Program-made: the position numbers and the translations under genes | Notes under the pieces: generated by a model | Database searches by the model: none | Seen by the model: the letters and a program-made list of their open reading frames with translations, nothing else | Told to the model about the DNA's origin: nothing | Assembly (NCBI GenBank): GCA_037447605.1 | Contig: CM074805.1 | Span: forward strand, 1,583,361-1,647,360 | Direction of reading: 5' to 3' | DNA length: 64,000 nucleotides | Origin: Zygnema circumcarinatum SAG 698-1b | Lineage: Eukaryota; Plantae; Zygnematophyceae | In this document: positions 1 to 10,847 of the stretch, one piece after another | How the letters are laid out: every line of letters begins with the position of its first letter | Position numbering within the stretch: the first letter of the stretch is position 1

Positions 1-429
1 TTATCTTGTGCTACATCGGGCTCGCCGCCGAGAGGCGGGACATGTACGGTCGTACGACCGTACGACCGTACATGTTGTAAAGGCGTTGTAAAGTAATATA
101 TATCAGCCGTTATCTAGTCGTCACAGTTGTATAATATAATATATATTATATAGTCGTAATTAATCCATCCCTAACTGCAACACGACCGTGTTCAGCCACG
201 CCGTACGGGCGACCAGGATTCGTCAAATACGGGATTTTTTTTTGAGAAAATCCCGTAAATACTGAATACAAACTCAAAAAGTCCTGAAAAGAAAGCCGTC
301 CTTCAATAATTTAATATGGAGGACAAAAAAAAAACTACATGAGGCGTGCCCGACGTTCGGATGGCGAAACGAAACGAAACAGTGTCTGCCTGCCTGCCTG
401 CCTGCCCGCCCGCCCGTTGGCCTGCCAGC

Positions 430-870
430 TTGAATCTCTGGCTGCAGGTTTCAAGCCTGTAAGGCTGGCAATGAAGGAGGAGTACAAGAAGTTGCTGAAG
501 TTCCAAGCAGGCCACGAAGACAAGTTTGGTCTCAAGGGCAGTCACTGCCCGTGACTCGCAAACAGGCCTTGTGGCTGCTTGTGTGCGTCGTTTCTGCCTC
601 GTTTTCGGGCGAGATAATAGGGTTGGCGCCAAGAGGAAATCTGCAGGTCGCCCAAAATACTTCGACAGTCTTCGAATAGGCAACTACATGCAGCATCTTA
701 CTAACCAGCATCCTTTGAAGGGGACTGAGTACAACCAGATTCTGTCACCATCACAACGAGACTTGTTTTCAAGGATGTGCCTTCTACCAATACTTTGGGA
801 GCTCATTTTGTAGCCAGTGCATCCTTACATTTCACTATCGGCAAATCGGTGGTCAAGGTGATTATTGGAG
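430..870 (+). pseudogene. Frameshifted N-terminal fragment of a DNA transposase (BED-like zinc finger; hAT-like family)
   Basis: Joining frames across +1 (~537) and -1 (~768) shifts gives LKFQAGHEDKFGLK/AVTARDSQTGLVAACVRRFCLVFGRDNRVGAKRKSAGRPKYFDSLRIGNYMQHLTNQHPLKGTEYNQ...DLF/KDVPSTNTLGAHFVASASLHFTIGKSVVKVIIG. This matches my recollection of a transposase family with CRFC..FGRE.KVGAKRK...KYF..FR.DNY..HL..QHP, then NTL.AHF and V.NKSIVEVI.G. No catalytic domain follows. Confidence 0.55.
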
Positions 871-1163
871 CCAAAAAAACAGCCCTAAAAACACTTGGTC
901 TTCTTGGCAAAAATGTAGGGAGGGCAGCATAGGGTTTGGGTGAGGAACTTTGGAGAAAAGAGAGTTGCCTTTTCAATTCTTTAGTTTTTGGACCAGTGAG
1001 CCTTGGTTTGCGGCTGGGGAAACCACAAGGGAAGCTGCACTTTTCCCATTTGAATCGATTCAACTCTACAAAAGAATCAAATTTAGTTAGTTTTTATAAA
1101 TGACAACATGGGTTGAAAAAGGAGTCGAACTCTGATGCTTCATGTGGTTTTAGACATATGCAA

Positions 1164-1367
1164 TAGAGGGAGTCAGACCTTGACCATCGCTTACGAAATT
1201 CCCCAATTCCTTATACTAAAAGTCACTTCTTTCGTGTACGAATTCCGGATCGGCATCCGGGGCTCCGCCGTACACAGCCGTACCGAAATGCGTACCTAGC
1301 CAATGCTGAATTTGCCCGACAGGCTTACGAAATTGATTTGGCGATGGTCAAGGTCTGACTTCCCCTA
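1164..1367. mobile_element. MITE-like element, 204 bp, with 27-bp terminal inverted repeats
   Basis: 1164-1190 TAGAGGGAGTCAGACCTTGACCATCGC versus reverse complement of 1341-1367 TAGGGGAAGTCAGACCTTGACCATCGC (25/27). Internal direct repeat CTTACGAAATT at ~1190 and ~1324. No 8-bp TSD found. Confidence 0.6.
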
Positions 1368-1543
1368 AATGTTAGAAAAACTGTGGTCGTCGAATGCTAC
1401 TACAGGACAAAAACTTCGTCCAAAAGTACAAATAAAGTACCTATGAAGGTACGAAAATGGTACGGAACAAAGAAATCCCGAAAATCACGAAAATGAAACT
1501 CAAAACGGTCCCGCAAATAGTAAAGTACGGGATATTCCGTAAA

Positions 1544-2050
1544 GGGGGTCCTCGTATTTACCACCCCAAAGAATGCGTCCTCAATATTTTCGCCCCAATT
1601 TTGCCGAAACCACTTTTTTGTACGGTAACTTGTGTTAGCCGTACTATCCGTGCTATTCGTACTGTCCGTATTGTCCGTACTATCCAGCGCTCGCTCTTCT
1701 CCCCGTCTTCTTGACTTCGATGCGATACGATACGATATTATATGGTCGATACGATACGAAACTCCCCGATACGGTACTATCCGTACTAGCCGTACGAGCT
1801 GTAGTACAGTACGTTGGTTGGATGACGACAGTATGTACGACAGTATATGCGTCACGATATGTCACGATAGGATACGATGATAAACGATACAGTACGATAC
1901 GGTACGATATGGTACGGTACGATACGTACGGTCCAACATGAACTCTAACATAATACCGCCCGTCTATTCGTAACACGAACCTTATATATGCAAATTTAAT
2001 ATTTTCGCCTCATTTTGCCCGGAACCAGGGTGGAAAATATGAGGACCCCC
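1544..2050. mobile_element. MITE-like element with GGGGGTCCTC termini enclosing a CGATA/CGTAC pentamer array
   Basis: 1544-1566 GGGGGTCCTCGTATTTACCACCC versus reverse complement of 2028-2050 (21/23). A subterminal direct repeat AATATTTTCGCC.CA.TTTTGCC.G.AACC lies at ~1583 and ~1998. Confidence 0.5.
1650..1930. repeat. Degenerate (CGATA)n/(CGTAC)n pentamer array
   Basis: Runs such as cgatacgatacgata, gtacgatacggtacgatatggtacggtacgatacgtacgg. A similar array lies at 63440-63530. Confidence 0.7.
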
Positions 2051-2168
2051 TACTGTATTTCGCGCGTAGGCCGTACCCCCCGCCGGAGGGCATGGACTCA
2101 CTTGCGGGGCCGGGTTCGAACCCTCGCGCGCGCACAGGGACACTTGCGTCCCGCGAGGCTACGAGGGT

Positions 2169-2222
2169 ACGACACCAGCGTACCGTACGGAGGGCACGAC
2201 ACCAGCGTACCGTACGGAGGGC
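2169..2222 (+). repeat. 27-bp perfect tandem duplication upstream of TAF12
   Basis: ACGACACCAGCGTACCGTACGGAGGGC occurs twice (2169-2195, 2196-2222); each copy contains the CCGTACGG palindrome. Confidence 0.85.
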
Positions 2223-2295
2223 CAGCAAGCGAACGGGCGCAGAAAGCGCTGCCAGCCGGCTGGCTGCCAATTAGGGCTGGGACGTTTTAGGGTTG

Positions 2296-2327
<32 letters not shown>

Positions 2328-2350
2328 CCCACGGCCAGGGCCTGGAGGCC

Positions 2351-2365
2351 ATGGCGGTGCCGTAG
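2351..2365 (+). promoter_or_regulatory. Short uORF (MAVP*) upstream of TAF12
   Basis: gccATGGCGGTGCCGTAG in the strong gccATGG context used by most gene starts in this window, 120 nt before the TAF12 ATG. Only relevant if the TSS is upstream. Confidence 0.35.
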
Positions 2366-2484
2366 GGACTGGGCCGCGGAGGGGCGGCAAGGCCCTTAGG
2401 CTCCTTGCAATAGGATAGCTGGCGCCTGTTGAGGTTTGACAAGGCGCGGGCGGAAGGCGGAGTGACGGCGGAGAGAAACGGCCA

Positions 2485-2919
2485 ATGCAAGCCGCCCCGA
2501 ACGGCAGCACACCTGGCACGCCGGGGACGCCAGGTGGCAGCGCTGCAGCGCATCCAGCGCTTGCTTCAAGCTCTCCTCCCGCGCCTGGAGGGAGCGAGGG
2601 AATTTCGGTGCTGAATGCTGCTACAGGGAACTCGCCTTCTCCGAGAGCAGCGGGTATTGCGCAAAGTGCACAGCAAGTGGCAAGCGGCAACCAAGGCCTT
2701 GCTTTTGCAAGTCATGTGGCATCCCTACCTTTCTCTTCTGCTGTGCACACATCCCTCGCTCAGCAGCAGCAACAGATCATGTTACCCTCTCAGAGCCAGC
2801 TACCCGGCACTCAGAACTTGCAGGGACAGCTGTCACAGGGTCAGCTGTCATTACAACAGCAGCTGCAACAGCAGCACGCCATGGCAGGCCAGTTAACTCC
2901 CCAGCAGAGACAGCTCCTC

Positions 2920-3002
<83 letters not shown>

Positions 3003-3003
3003 T

Positions 3004-3060
<57 letters not shown>

Positions 3061-4232
3061 CAACAGCAGCAGCTGCAGCTGCAGCAGCAACAACAGCAGC
3101 AGCAGCAACGAAGGAATTCCGGTCAGGGCTTGGTTCTTCCCTCTTCGCCCACTCCTCCTTCTCTTCAGTCACCTCTTGCAGGGTCCCCAGGGCTAAATCC
3201 GTCATCGTCGCAAGCTCCGCCAACTAATCCTACTGCATCCATGCAACAATCTCCAAGGCTACGACCTAACCTGGCTCCATCGTCATCGCACCTCGTACAA
3301 AACTCCTCCATTTCACCGCATCAACTGCCCCCTCTTCAGGCTCCCAAACCTACTGGTCAGGCACTTGGGACCTCCGCTCAGCCAGGCTCCATTTCGCGAT
3401 CCCTTTCTTCCGGGCTTTTGGTGCAACTCCCCTCTCTTCAAAACCAGGTTTCAAGCCCTAATTCTTCTGGTCAGCAGGCTTCGCCAGGTCCTCCTTCTTC
3501 CCCCGGCATGCCTCATCAGGGAAGCACAGCAGGCACCTCTCAAATGCAGCAGCAGACAACTCGTGCAGGAGCTGGCGCACCAGCGTTGGCTGCAGGGAGA
3601 CCGTCCCAACCGCAGCAGATGCGCCCTCCTTCCCAGGTTTGTCCGGCCTGCACCAGTGTTTGGCTTTACTGCATTAAGAGCACGGTTTTTGTATGAATGA
3701 ATTGACTCTTTTCCACGAGGTAGTTTACCTGCCATGGCTGAATCTTCCTCAGAGTTTTGGGACTTCTTCAAGGGAAGGCGAGTGAAGAGGGTGCTGCGAC
3801 TATGAGAGTCCTTAACATACTTGAGGGCCACTAGGTTAAGGTTTTGCTTGAATGCACCTCGCTATGGAAGGACTTTTCAGGTGCAGGATGAAACCGCAGG
3901 GCAGACAATTTTCCAATCACATTTGTCTGAAGTACGCAACAGTTGCTGCGATGCAGTTTCCCCAGTCGCCACTTGGACGACCTGCCACGGGAGGGGTTCC
4001 TACTGGCAATCCTTTAACTGCCCAATACATCCCAGGGCAGCAATCTCTTGCAGGCCAGCAAGCTGGGATGGCGGGACAGCTCCAATCGACACAAGCCCAG
4101 CAGCAGCAGCAGCAGCAGCAGCAGAGGCATACGAATATCGGACAAGCTCATGGAACAGTTTTATCCGCAGGCCTTGCTGCAAACTCTCCCTCCATGCAAC
4201 CTCTAACCCAGGTAGCGCTTCAGAGAGGCATT

Positions 4233-4276
<44 letters not shown>

Positions 4277-6967
4277 ACAACAGCAACAACAACAACAGCA
4301 GCAACAAAATCAGCAGCAGCAGCAGTCCCAACTGTTGCGATCCTCCCCTGCCTTGCAATCTGTCTCAACTCTTCAGAACTATCACCTTCCCCAGAGTATG
4401 GTTGGGTATTCTCCCCATGTTACTCAGCAACAGCTTCAACAGCAACAGCAGCAACAGAAATTCCAGCAGCAGCCAGGAGCTCTGGCAGGCGGCCCTTCGT
4501 CCACGCAGCAGCAGACAACGACTATTCCATCTCCATATCAGCAACGCGTTGCTCAGCATCAACCTCAACAGACGACCTCAACTGCACAGCCACCGCAGCA
4601 GCAGCAGAGGACAGGTGTCGGGGCAGTATCAGGAGGAGTAGCTGGTGTCTCCAGTCAGAAGCCTTCTCCAGTTGCTTCTCCGCTGAGTGCAGCCGGAGTA
4701 ACTGGATCAGCCGACACAAGTGGGAGTGTCTTGGGCAAGCGAACGATAAGGGACCTTGTCAGCCAGGTCTGCGTCTGCCCTCTGCTTCATTCACCTCATG
4801 ATCTGACTTATAGTGATGGAAAGGTAATGGACAAGAAGAGGGGAGGGGGGCCGGGGGAGGTAGTTGTAGTTTGTTGTGGACTAGGGCCTTGGTCTTCCAG
4901 TTCCGCCACAATGTCTTTGCCATACATGGTCCAGATAAGCTGTGCCAAAGCCAATGTCTCGGAGTTTCCAAATGAGGAGATTATGTTGCATTGAAGAATG
5001 CAACTAGATTGATAAGCCGAAGATGTCCTACATAGAAAATTGAAGTTGACGCACGTAAAGTATTGCTTGATCTGAAACACATATCTGCATGCATTGTGTA
5101 TGGAGATCATATGGTACTTCTTTCATGTTAGTGCTGCGTCAGTCTCTGGTGCCATATTTACAGACAATTCACTCAATTTTCGAACTTCTTGGTTGCTGTT
5201 ATGCTTGTTTCGTCCAACTGCTGTTTGTAGTTTCGCCAATACTGAGTCCAATGGTTGCCAACGTGCTTGGTCGAGTCATAAAAACCTCGTTCACAACGAT
5301 TTGTTTGTTTATGGCAGCTGGATTCCACAGAGAAACTGGAGGAGGGAGTGGAAGAGATCCTGGTGGATATTGCGGATAATTTCATTGATTCGGTGAAATT
5401 ATTTTGCCCTGAATTGCTTATAAGGATCCATTCATAGGGAACCCATGCAGTTCGTTAAGCAAAGATAACAGCAGAGACCGCCCTTTCGTTTCGAGCGTGC
5501 GATTTCGACGGGATAAAGAAAGGAACATAAAGTATTGTTTCCTCTTGTTATCCTGGGGCTTGATTTTGCAATCACCTAATTTGTGCATAGCTTTGTGAAT
5601 TAACTGTGGATAGGTGACAGCTTTCGCCTGTCAGCTTGCGAAGCATCGCAAGTCCCAAGTTTTGGAAGCGAAGGACGTGCTCCTGCATCTGGGTAGGTAT
5701 CTACTTCTGTTGATTTTTCCTTGCTTTACTCTTAGGTGTGATACGATGGTTATAGGTAGCTCTCAAGAGAGTCTTCGAGATACTGGTTGCTGAGCATTTT
5801 CTTCCTTCAAGTTTACTCACCTTTTGTAAAAGTAAGGAAGTGCAGTTACGCCTTCTTTTAGGTTTGGATTGATGGACGAAAGCTTGTCGAGGGAGCACTG
5901 TTCTTAGTTTCCATAACATCAATAGATGTTTTAATTGTGAAGGACGTTCTGTCGAAAATCAAATGAGGCGTCTGTTTGCCAATAGATCGTTTCCGTACTA
6001 TTCGTTGATAAAGTTATCAGTGGGGCATTACTTGTTCAGAGCGCAATTGGCACATGAAGATTCCCGGATTCGGAAATGATGAGTATCGGCAATATCGACG
6101 CCCGGTAGGCCTTGTCCTCTGGTTGTTTGCCGTTTGATGCGTAAAGTTCAGGACTTTGGTTCTCATTTGCCATATGTAAGACAGTAACTGTTGTCACTTT
6201 AAGCTCACATGGAGTAAGTGCGATCAAATGCCACCCTTGGTCTGAAGCCACAAAAACGTCTCTTCCTGCAATACCGCACTGCAGATAGAAAAACTCCAAT
6301 AGATACTATGAAAGGTCTTTCAGTTTGCGCCTCTTGAGATCAGCCATCAATGCATCGGATGCTCTTTGTGGGGTTGCAGAAGGTGGATGAAGCACACCGC
6401 GAAAGGCTTGCAGCGGTGAGTGTTTGAGTGCCCATTTGTTCATCTTAAGCAGAGGGCCTGTCTATGCGCAGAATGCAGATGCACCGGATTTAGTGAACAA
6501 GCCACTTCCTGCTTCTCAGTCACAGCTCAAATACATACGTTGTTACGAGGATCTCTGTGGCGGAAAGACCCATAATAGCCACCAGCCCTCGCATTGCTCG
6601 CCTGAGGATGCCATCATGCCAAACATTAGCAGATGAACCACAGGATGGAGGATTGAGTTCACACTGCCGGCGTCCCTGTTTACAGGTCAGGAAGTCAGCA
6701 GCCGCTACCCAGAACCAGCCGCAGGAGCCCCAGCCGACCCCCACAGGGCCTCCGCATTCTGGGGAGGCGGCTGATGGCAGTGCCGCCTTTGGCCTCTCCG
6801 GGCACACCGGAACGGCAGGGACACACCACAAGGTCGCGGGGCTCGGCTCCGGTATTGGAGGAGGGATGGGGGGGCTGGTGGGGGTGGGAGGGGGAGGGAG
6901 AGGAGGCGGGCAAGGAGGGCCGCCCCTGCAAGGAGGCAATGCAGGCCCCCTAGGGGCGTATTGGTAG
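2485..6967 (+). CDS. TAF12: Transcription initiation factor TFIID subunit 12 with long Gln-rich N-terminus (~832 aa)
   Basis: Exons 2485-3636, 3957-4766, 5318-5392, 5614-5692, 6040-6104, 6380-6415, 6686-6967, all GT-AG and phase-consistent. The histone fold reads [75 protein letters not shown]...HRERLAA. Confidence 0.92.
2920..3108 (+). repeat. Coding (CAG/CAA)n polyglutamine tract, about 60 Gln with H and L interruptions
   Basis: Long cagcagcag run inside TAF12 exon 1. Further polyQ runs at ~4097-4122, ~4232-4324 and ~4436-4456. Confidence 0.95.
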
Positions 6968-7511
6968 GAGGGTCGAAGGATTGGGGAAAGGGAAATGTAT
7001 TAGGCTGGCTGTAGCCTCCAGCTGCTCTACTGTCTGCACAAGAAGTTGAGGTCCTGCTTTGTACGAGACCAAGAAGTTGTTGTGTTACTGTGCCTGACGG
7101 TTGAATAAGAGGTGCCGCTAGTGAGGGAGGGGCTCTGCTCGTCGGCAAAGAGAGAACCTCCGTGTAAGTGAGGACGAGGGAGGGTGGGGCCTTCAGCGCA
7201 TTAAACCTGTACATTGTGGTTAAAAAAACAACACTTTGAAGGCGCTCACAGCCCTGAAAGCCCCATATTTGTTTGAGCCAGAAAGCTCCCAATTAGCAGG
7301 GTTCTATGGGAGAAGTAGAGAGGCGACAGTTCAACGGAACTACGTACATGGAGGCGGCTGCAAGGTCAAGTGTCAAGAGCAACGGATCCCTCTTCGCGAC
7401 CACTCGTTTGTCGTCTACCTTGGAGACAAGCGGGGGTCACGGATTCACGTAACGTCCGTACGAAACCAACCGTCGGCGGCCTAACTAACATCCAAAATCC
7501 AGATCCTTTCT

Positions 7512-7752
7512 GACACGTGGCACTCGGATTGCCCGATATTGCACGCGTCAATGTCGGTGGCCTGTTGCCGCATCTTCCGCTGCGTCGTTTGGCGGCGGCG
7601 GCCGTACGGACCGTTGGATCGGAGCGGGCGGGTGGGCGCGTGCGCGGTGGCGGGACGTGACCGCCAGCGGGCGGCCGGGCGGGGGCCGTACGAACAGGGG
7701 GTCATCGCGCCACGTGGCGCCGGGCCGGGCCGCCGGCATGCGTCCGCACGTG
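7512..7752 (+). promoter_or_regulatory. G-box/ABRE cluster upstream of the WRKY gene
   Basis: GACACGTGGC (7512-7521), GCCACGTGGC (7709-7718) and CACGTG (7747-7752) in a GC-rich island, followed by a GA-rich leader (7800-7875). Confidence 0.5.
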
Positions 7753-8022
7753 TGGGCTCGCTGCGTAGGCGCCTACTCGCTGGTTGCGGGCGAAGCGGGG
7801 TGGCCGTGAGAGGGAGAGGGAGTGGGAAAGGGAGAGGAGAGGGAGAGAGAGGGAGAGAGAGAAAGGGAGAGGAGGGCCGGACAGGGAGGGACACGAAAGG
7901 GGTGGAACCTGCCACCGCCTCTCCATGAGCCCGTTCTGTGTCGTTCCGTTGCCCAGCCAGGAACCTCGAAGAGCAGTGTCTGCCTCTCCTTCTGTCTGAG
8001 GCATTCTCAGCGGCAGGCAGCC

Positions 8023-8058
8023 ATGGCCATGGCCTTCGAGGGCGGCCCTCTGAAATGA
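8023..8058 (+). promoter_or_regulatory. uORF MAMAFEGGPLK* whose stop overlaps the first in-frame WRKY ATG
   Basis: gccATGGCCATGGCC...CTGAAATGA: TGA at 8056-8058 overlaps ATG at 8055-8057. Confidence 0.4.
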
Positions 8059-10847
8059 ATTTATCCGGGAGAAGATTTGCAGCAGGAGGCGTCGCAATGG
8101 CAAGCGTGGAAGTGGCGAGAGAGGACATGGAACCGGCGGCTAATGGCGGGGGAGGAGGCGCGGGAAGCAGCGACATGGAGAGCGCGGGGCCGCACTCTCT
8201 GAAGAGGAGGGCGGAGAGTGGGTCGGAGGCGAAGGGGTGGGAGCCGCAAGGGGGCGCGCGCAAGAGGTGAGATGCTCTGGACTCGCTTTCGCGCGCAGAC
8301 GTGGCTTGAAACCACGACGAAGTGTTGGGATCTATGGTTGACATTGCTCTTTCGACCGCGCCATGACCATGACCATGACCATGACATGCTACATTGGCGC
8401 GGGTGCATGCTACATTTGCCTCCGTATGAAGGCGCAACGTCTGATATGCTCCGTGTTAAGTTCCAGGGAAGTTGAAGACAAGGTTTTTGCATGTGTGCGC
8501 GTTGCCTGTGCAGGCGGAAGCCGTCGCATCACCTGAACATTCCCGGCGACGGGTGCATGTGGCGCAAGTACGGGCAGAAGGTCATCAAGCGGACCAACTT
8601 TGTCAGGTGCGTGCGAGCATGCGCCTCTCTCTGCCCTCCCTCTGACGTGTCCGCTGTCCACGTGGAGGCGTGTCGGTGTCTCCTTTCCTTCCATTGCCAT
8701 AAAGTTTGACTGCACGTGTCTCGCTCTCAGCTTGTGCAATTCGTTCAGAAACTGTACAGATCGACTATTGGATCAACCATGGAGGCCCTACCGAGGAGGA
8801 TCTAAGCTTCGATATTGTATTGAGTCGGTCGCCAACTATTGGATTCAATGGTTGACGCCCATTGCCAATGCAATGCAGCCAACCAGTGATGATTGTCGCA
8901 ACCATTGGATTCGCAAACCATACCATTGGTTGAATGGTTGTAACCATCGACCTCCATGGTTGAACCGTTTGATGGATTGGCTGACAACCATTGCCGATGG
9001 TTGCAACCATTGCCAATGGTTGCGACCCTTCGATTCGATATCATTCTAACCACGGCCAGTGGTTCGAGCCATTGGTAAGGCACTTCCTGTTATGTCCACT
9101 TTTTCACATACACGTTAATGGTGATTAGCGGTGTAATGGCAAAGGCAGGTTGCGTCTAAATCCGAGTCTGCCAGACGACGTGTAAATTTTCCGCTCTGTA
9201 GGTAATGGCTCCAACCATTGCCAAGGGTTGGAAGCATGAGATTCAATCGTGACCAACCATTTCCAATGGTTTGGACCATTGGCATCAGACCTAGCCAACC
9301 ATTGACAATGATTCGAACCATTTGATTCGATGGTCGCCAAACAATCCAATTCCGGCGGACTAGCCAACCCATTGATTGTCAACGGTTGCTAACAATTCCA
9401 ATGGTTGCAAACTATTGGCCGGCCAGCCTTCCATTGGCAAACAATCGTTGGCATGGTTCCCTGTGCAAAACTGTAATAACCTTCTCTTTCCCATTTTGTC
9501 CTATGTGTTCGCACAAAGCTACCTTACACTACTGCCTAGCAGCCATAGTGTCCTCTCTTGTGTCCTTTTCTGGCGGTTTCTAGTTTCTGTCGCAGTCCCA
9601 ACCCCTACAGGCCTTGCAAAACCTGAAGCTAATTTCAGCTGAACTTGATTTGCTTCTCCCAACTCATGTGGTGTCGTGGGGTTGCCGCCAAGGCTGTGGC
9701 AATCGTGACAGGGATGTTGATGGCTATGATCATGCCATGCCATGCCATGCCATCGCGCACACGCTGACAGCGGGGATTTGGAGGCAGGTTCTACTACCGC
9801 TGCGCTCTGCTTAAGGGCGCGGGCTGCCCCGCGAAGCGTACGGTCGACTTCGCGGCCGCGCGGCCAAACGCGCTCTCTGTGGCGTACGCCGACGCGCACA
9901 GCCACCCCACTCTGCCCCCCCGCCCTAACGGAGGACTCACAGGGACTAGAACTGGAACTGGAACTGGAACTGGAACTGGAACAGGGACTGCGGAGTGGAT
10001 CTGTTCGGGGAGCGGAACAGTAACTGGAACGGAGAATGGAATCGGAAGGAGGATTGAACCACTGGCTGATGTTCAAACTGAAGCAAAACCTGCGACGACA
10101 ACGGAGAGCGAGGGCAGCGCGCGGACTGGAAGTGTGACAGAAACGAGAGCTTCTGAGCAAAGCATGGAACACGGCGTCGCTGTTGTGGGTGCTGTTGGAT
10201 TGGAGCAGCCGTACGTTAAGCAAGAGACGGAGGCCTATGCAAGCCATGGCGGCCTTGCACCCACTCGCAAAGCAGCCGTGGATGCTGCCCTGGAGGAGGA
10301 AGGGGTGGGAGAGACAGGGAAGGAGGGAGACTCCGAGGCGGACTTTGAGTGGCTGCCGCTCCTAGAGGCCGTGGACGATCTGAGTCTGCCTCAGCTGCAG
10401 CCCTCCTCCTGCTGGCGGAGAGAGGAGCCCTCCACTCCCCACAGGAGCGATTCTTCCTGCCTGCCCAGCCTCCTGATCGGTCTTGCCCACTCTTCCCTTC
10501 AGCCTGAAGCAGGAGCAGCGGAAGCTTCGGACTATTCCTCTGCTCTCGAAGACTTTGCAGAAGCGCAGAGCAGCGAAGTGTGGCCGCCTTCAAGTGCCGA
10601 AAGTCCGATTCCCATTGACCTATGTGGGGCGACTCCGTTTGCTACATGCTTCCTCTCTCTCCCTCTCATCTCCCTCCCTGAAGTGCTACAGGAGGATGCT
10701 ATGGTTCCGTTGGAGTCCCATCCCTTTGAGAGTGGCTTTCTGAAGCAGGGCTCGTTCTGTCTGCAGCATCAGCAGAGCAGCAGTCTGAGCAGCAACACGA
10801 GTGGTTCAGATGGTGTTCAAGAAGAGGGCAATACTGCGCGGGTGTAA
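8055..10847 (+). CDS. WRKY: Single-domain WRKY transcription factor (~454 aa; start at 8055 or 8097)
   Basis: Exons 8055-8266, 8514-8606, 9788-10847. WRKYGQK in exon 2, with a phase-2 R-type intron at FVR/FYYRC. Zinc finger C-ALLKGAG-C-X23-H-S-H. Acidic, Ser-rich C-terminus with a (GGAACT)n Thr-Gly repeat at ~9945-9985. Confidence 0.9.
8770..9450. repeat. Palindromic CAACCATTG/CAATGGTTG repeat cluster in WRKY intron 2
   Basis: Two blocks (~8770-9075 and ~9205-9450) of degenerate units in both orientations, e.g. GCAACCATTGCCAATGGTTGC at ~9001-9021. Confidence 0.75.

Noticed and set aside
1112-1135. B-box-like GAGTTCGACTCC followed by T5 on the minus strand
   Set aside because: No A-box or cloverleaf upstream.
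2060-2134. 75-nt tRNA-like segment with GGTTCGAACC and a 6/7 acceptor-like stem
   Set aside because: No GG in the D-loop, a mismatched T-stem and no canonical anticodon arm; likely chance in GC-rich DNA or a decayed SINE.
2777-4368. Poly-Ala and poly-Leu ORFs on the minus strand and alternative frames
   Set aside because: Shadows of the TAF12 CAG repeats.
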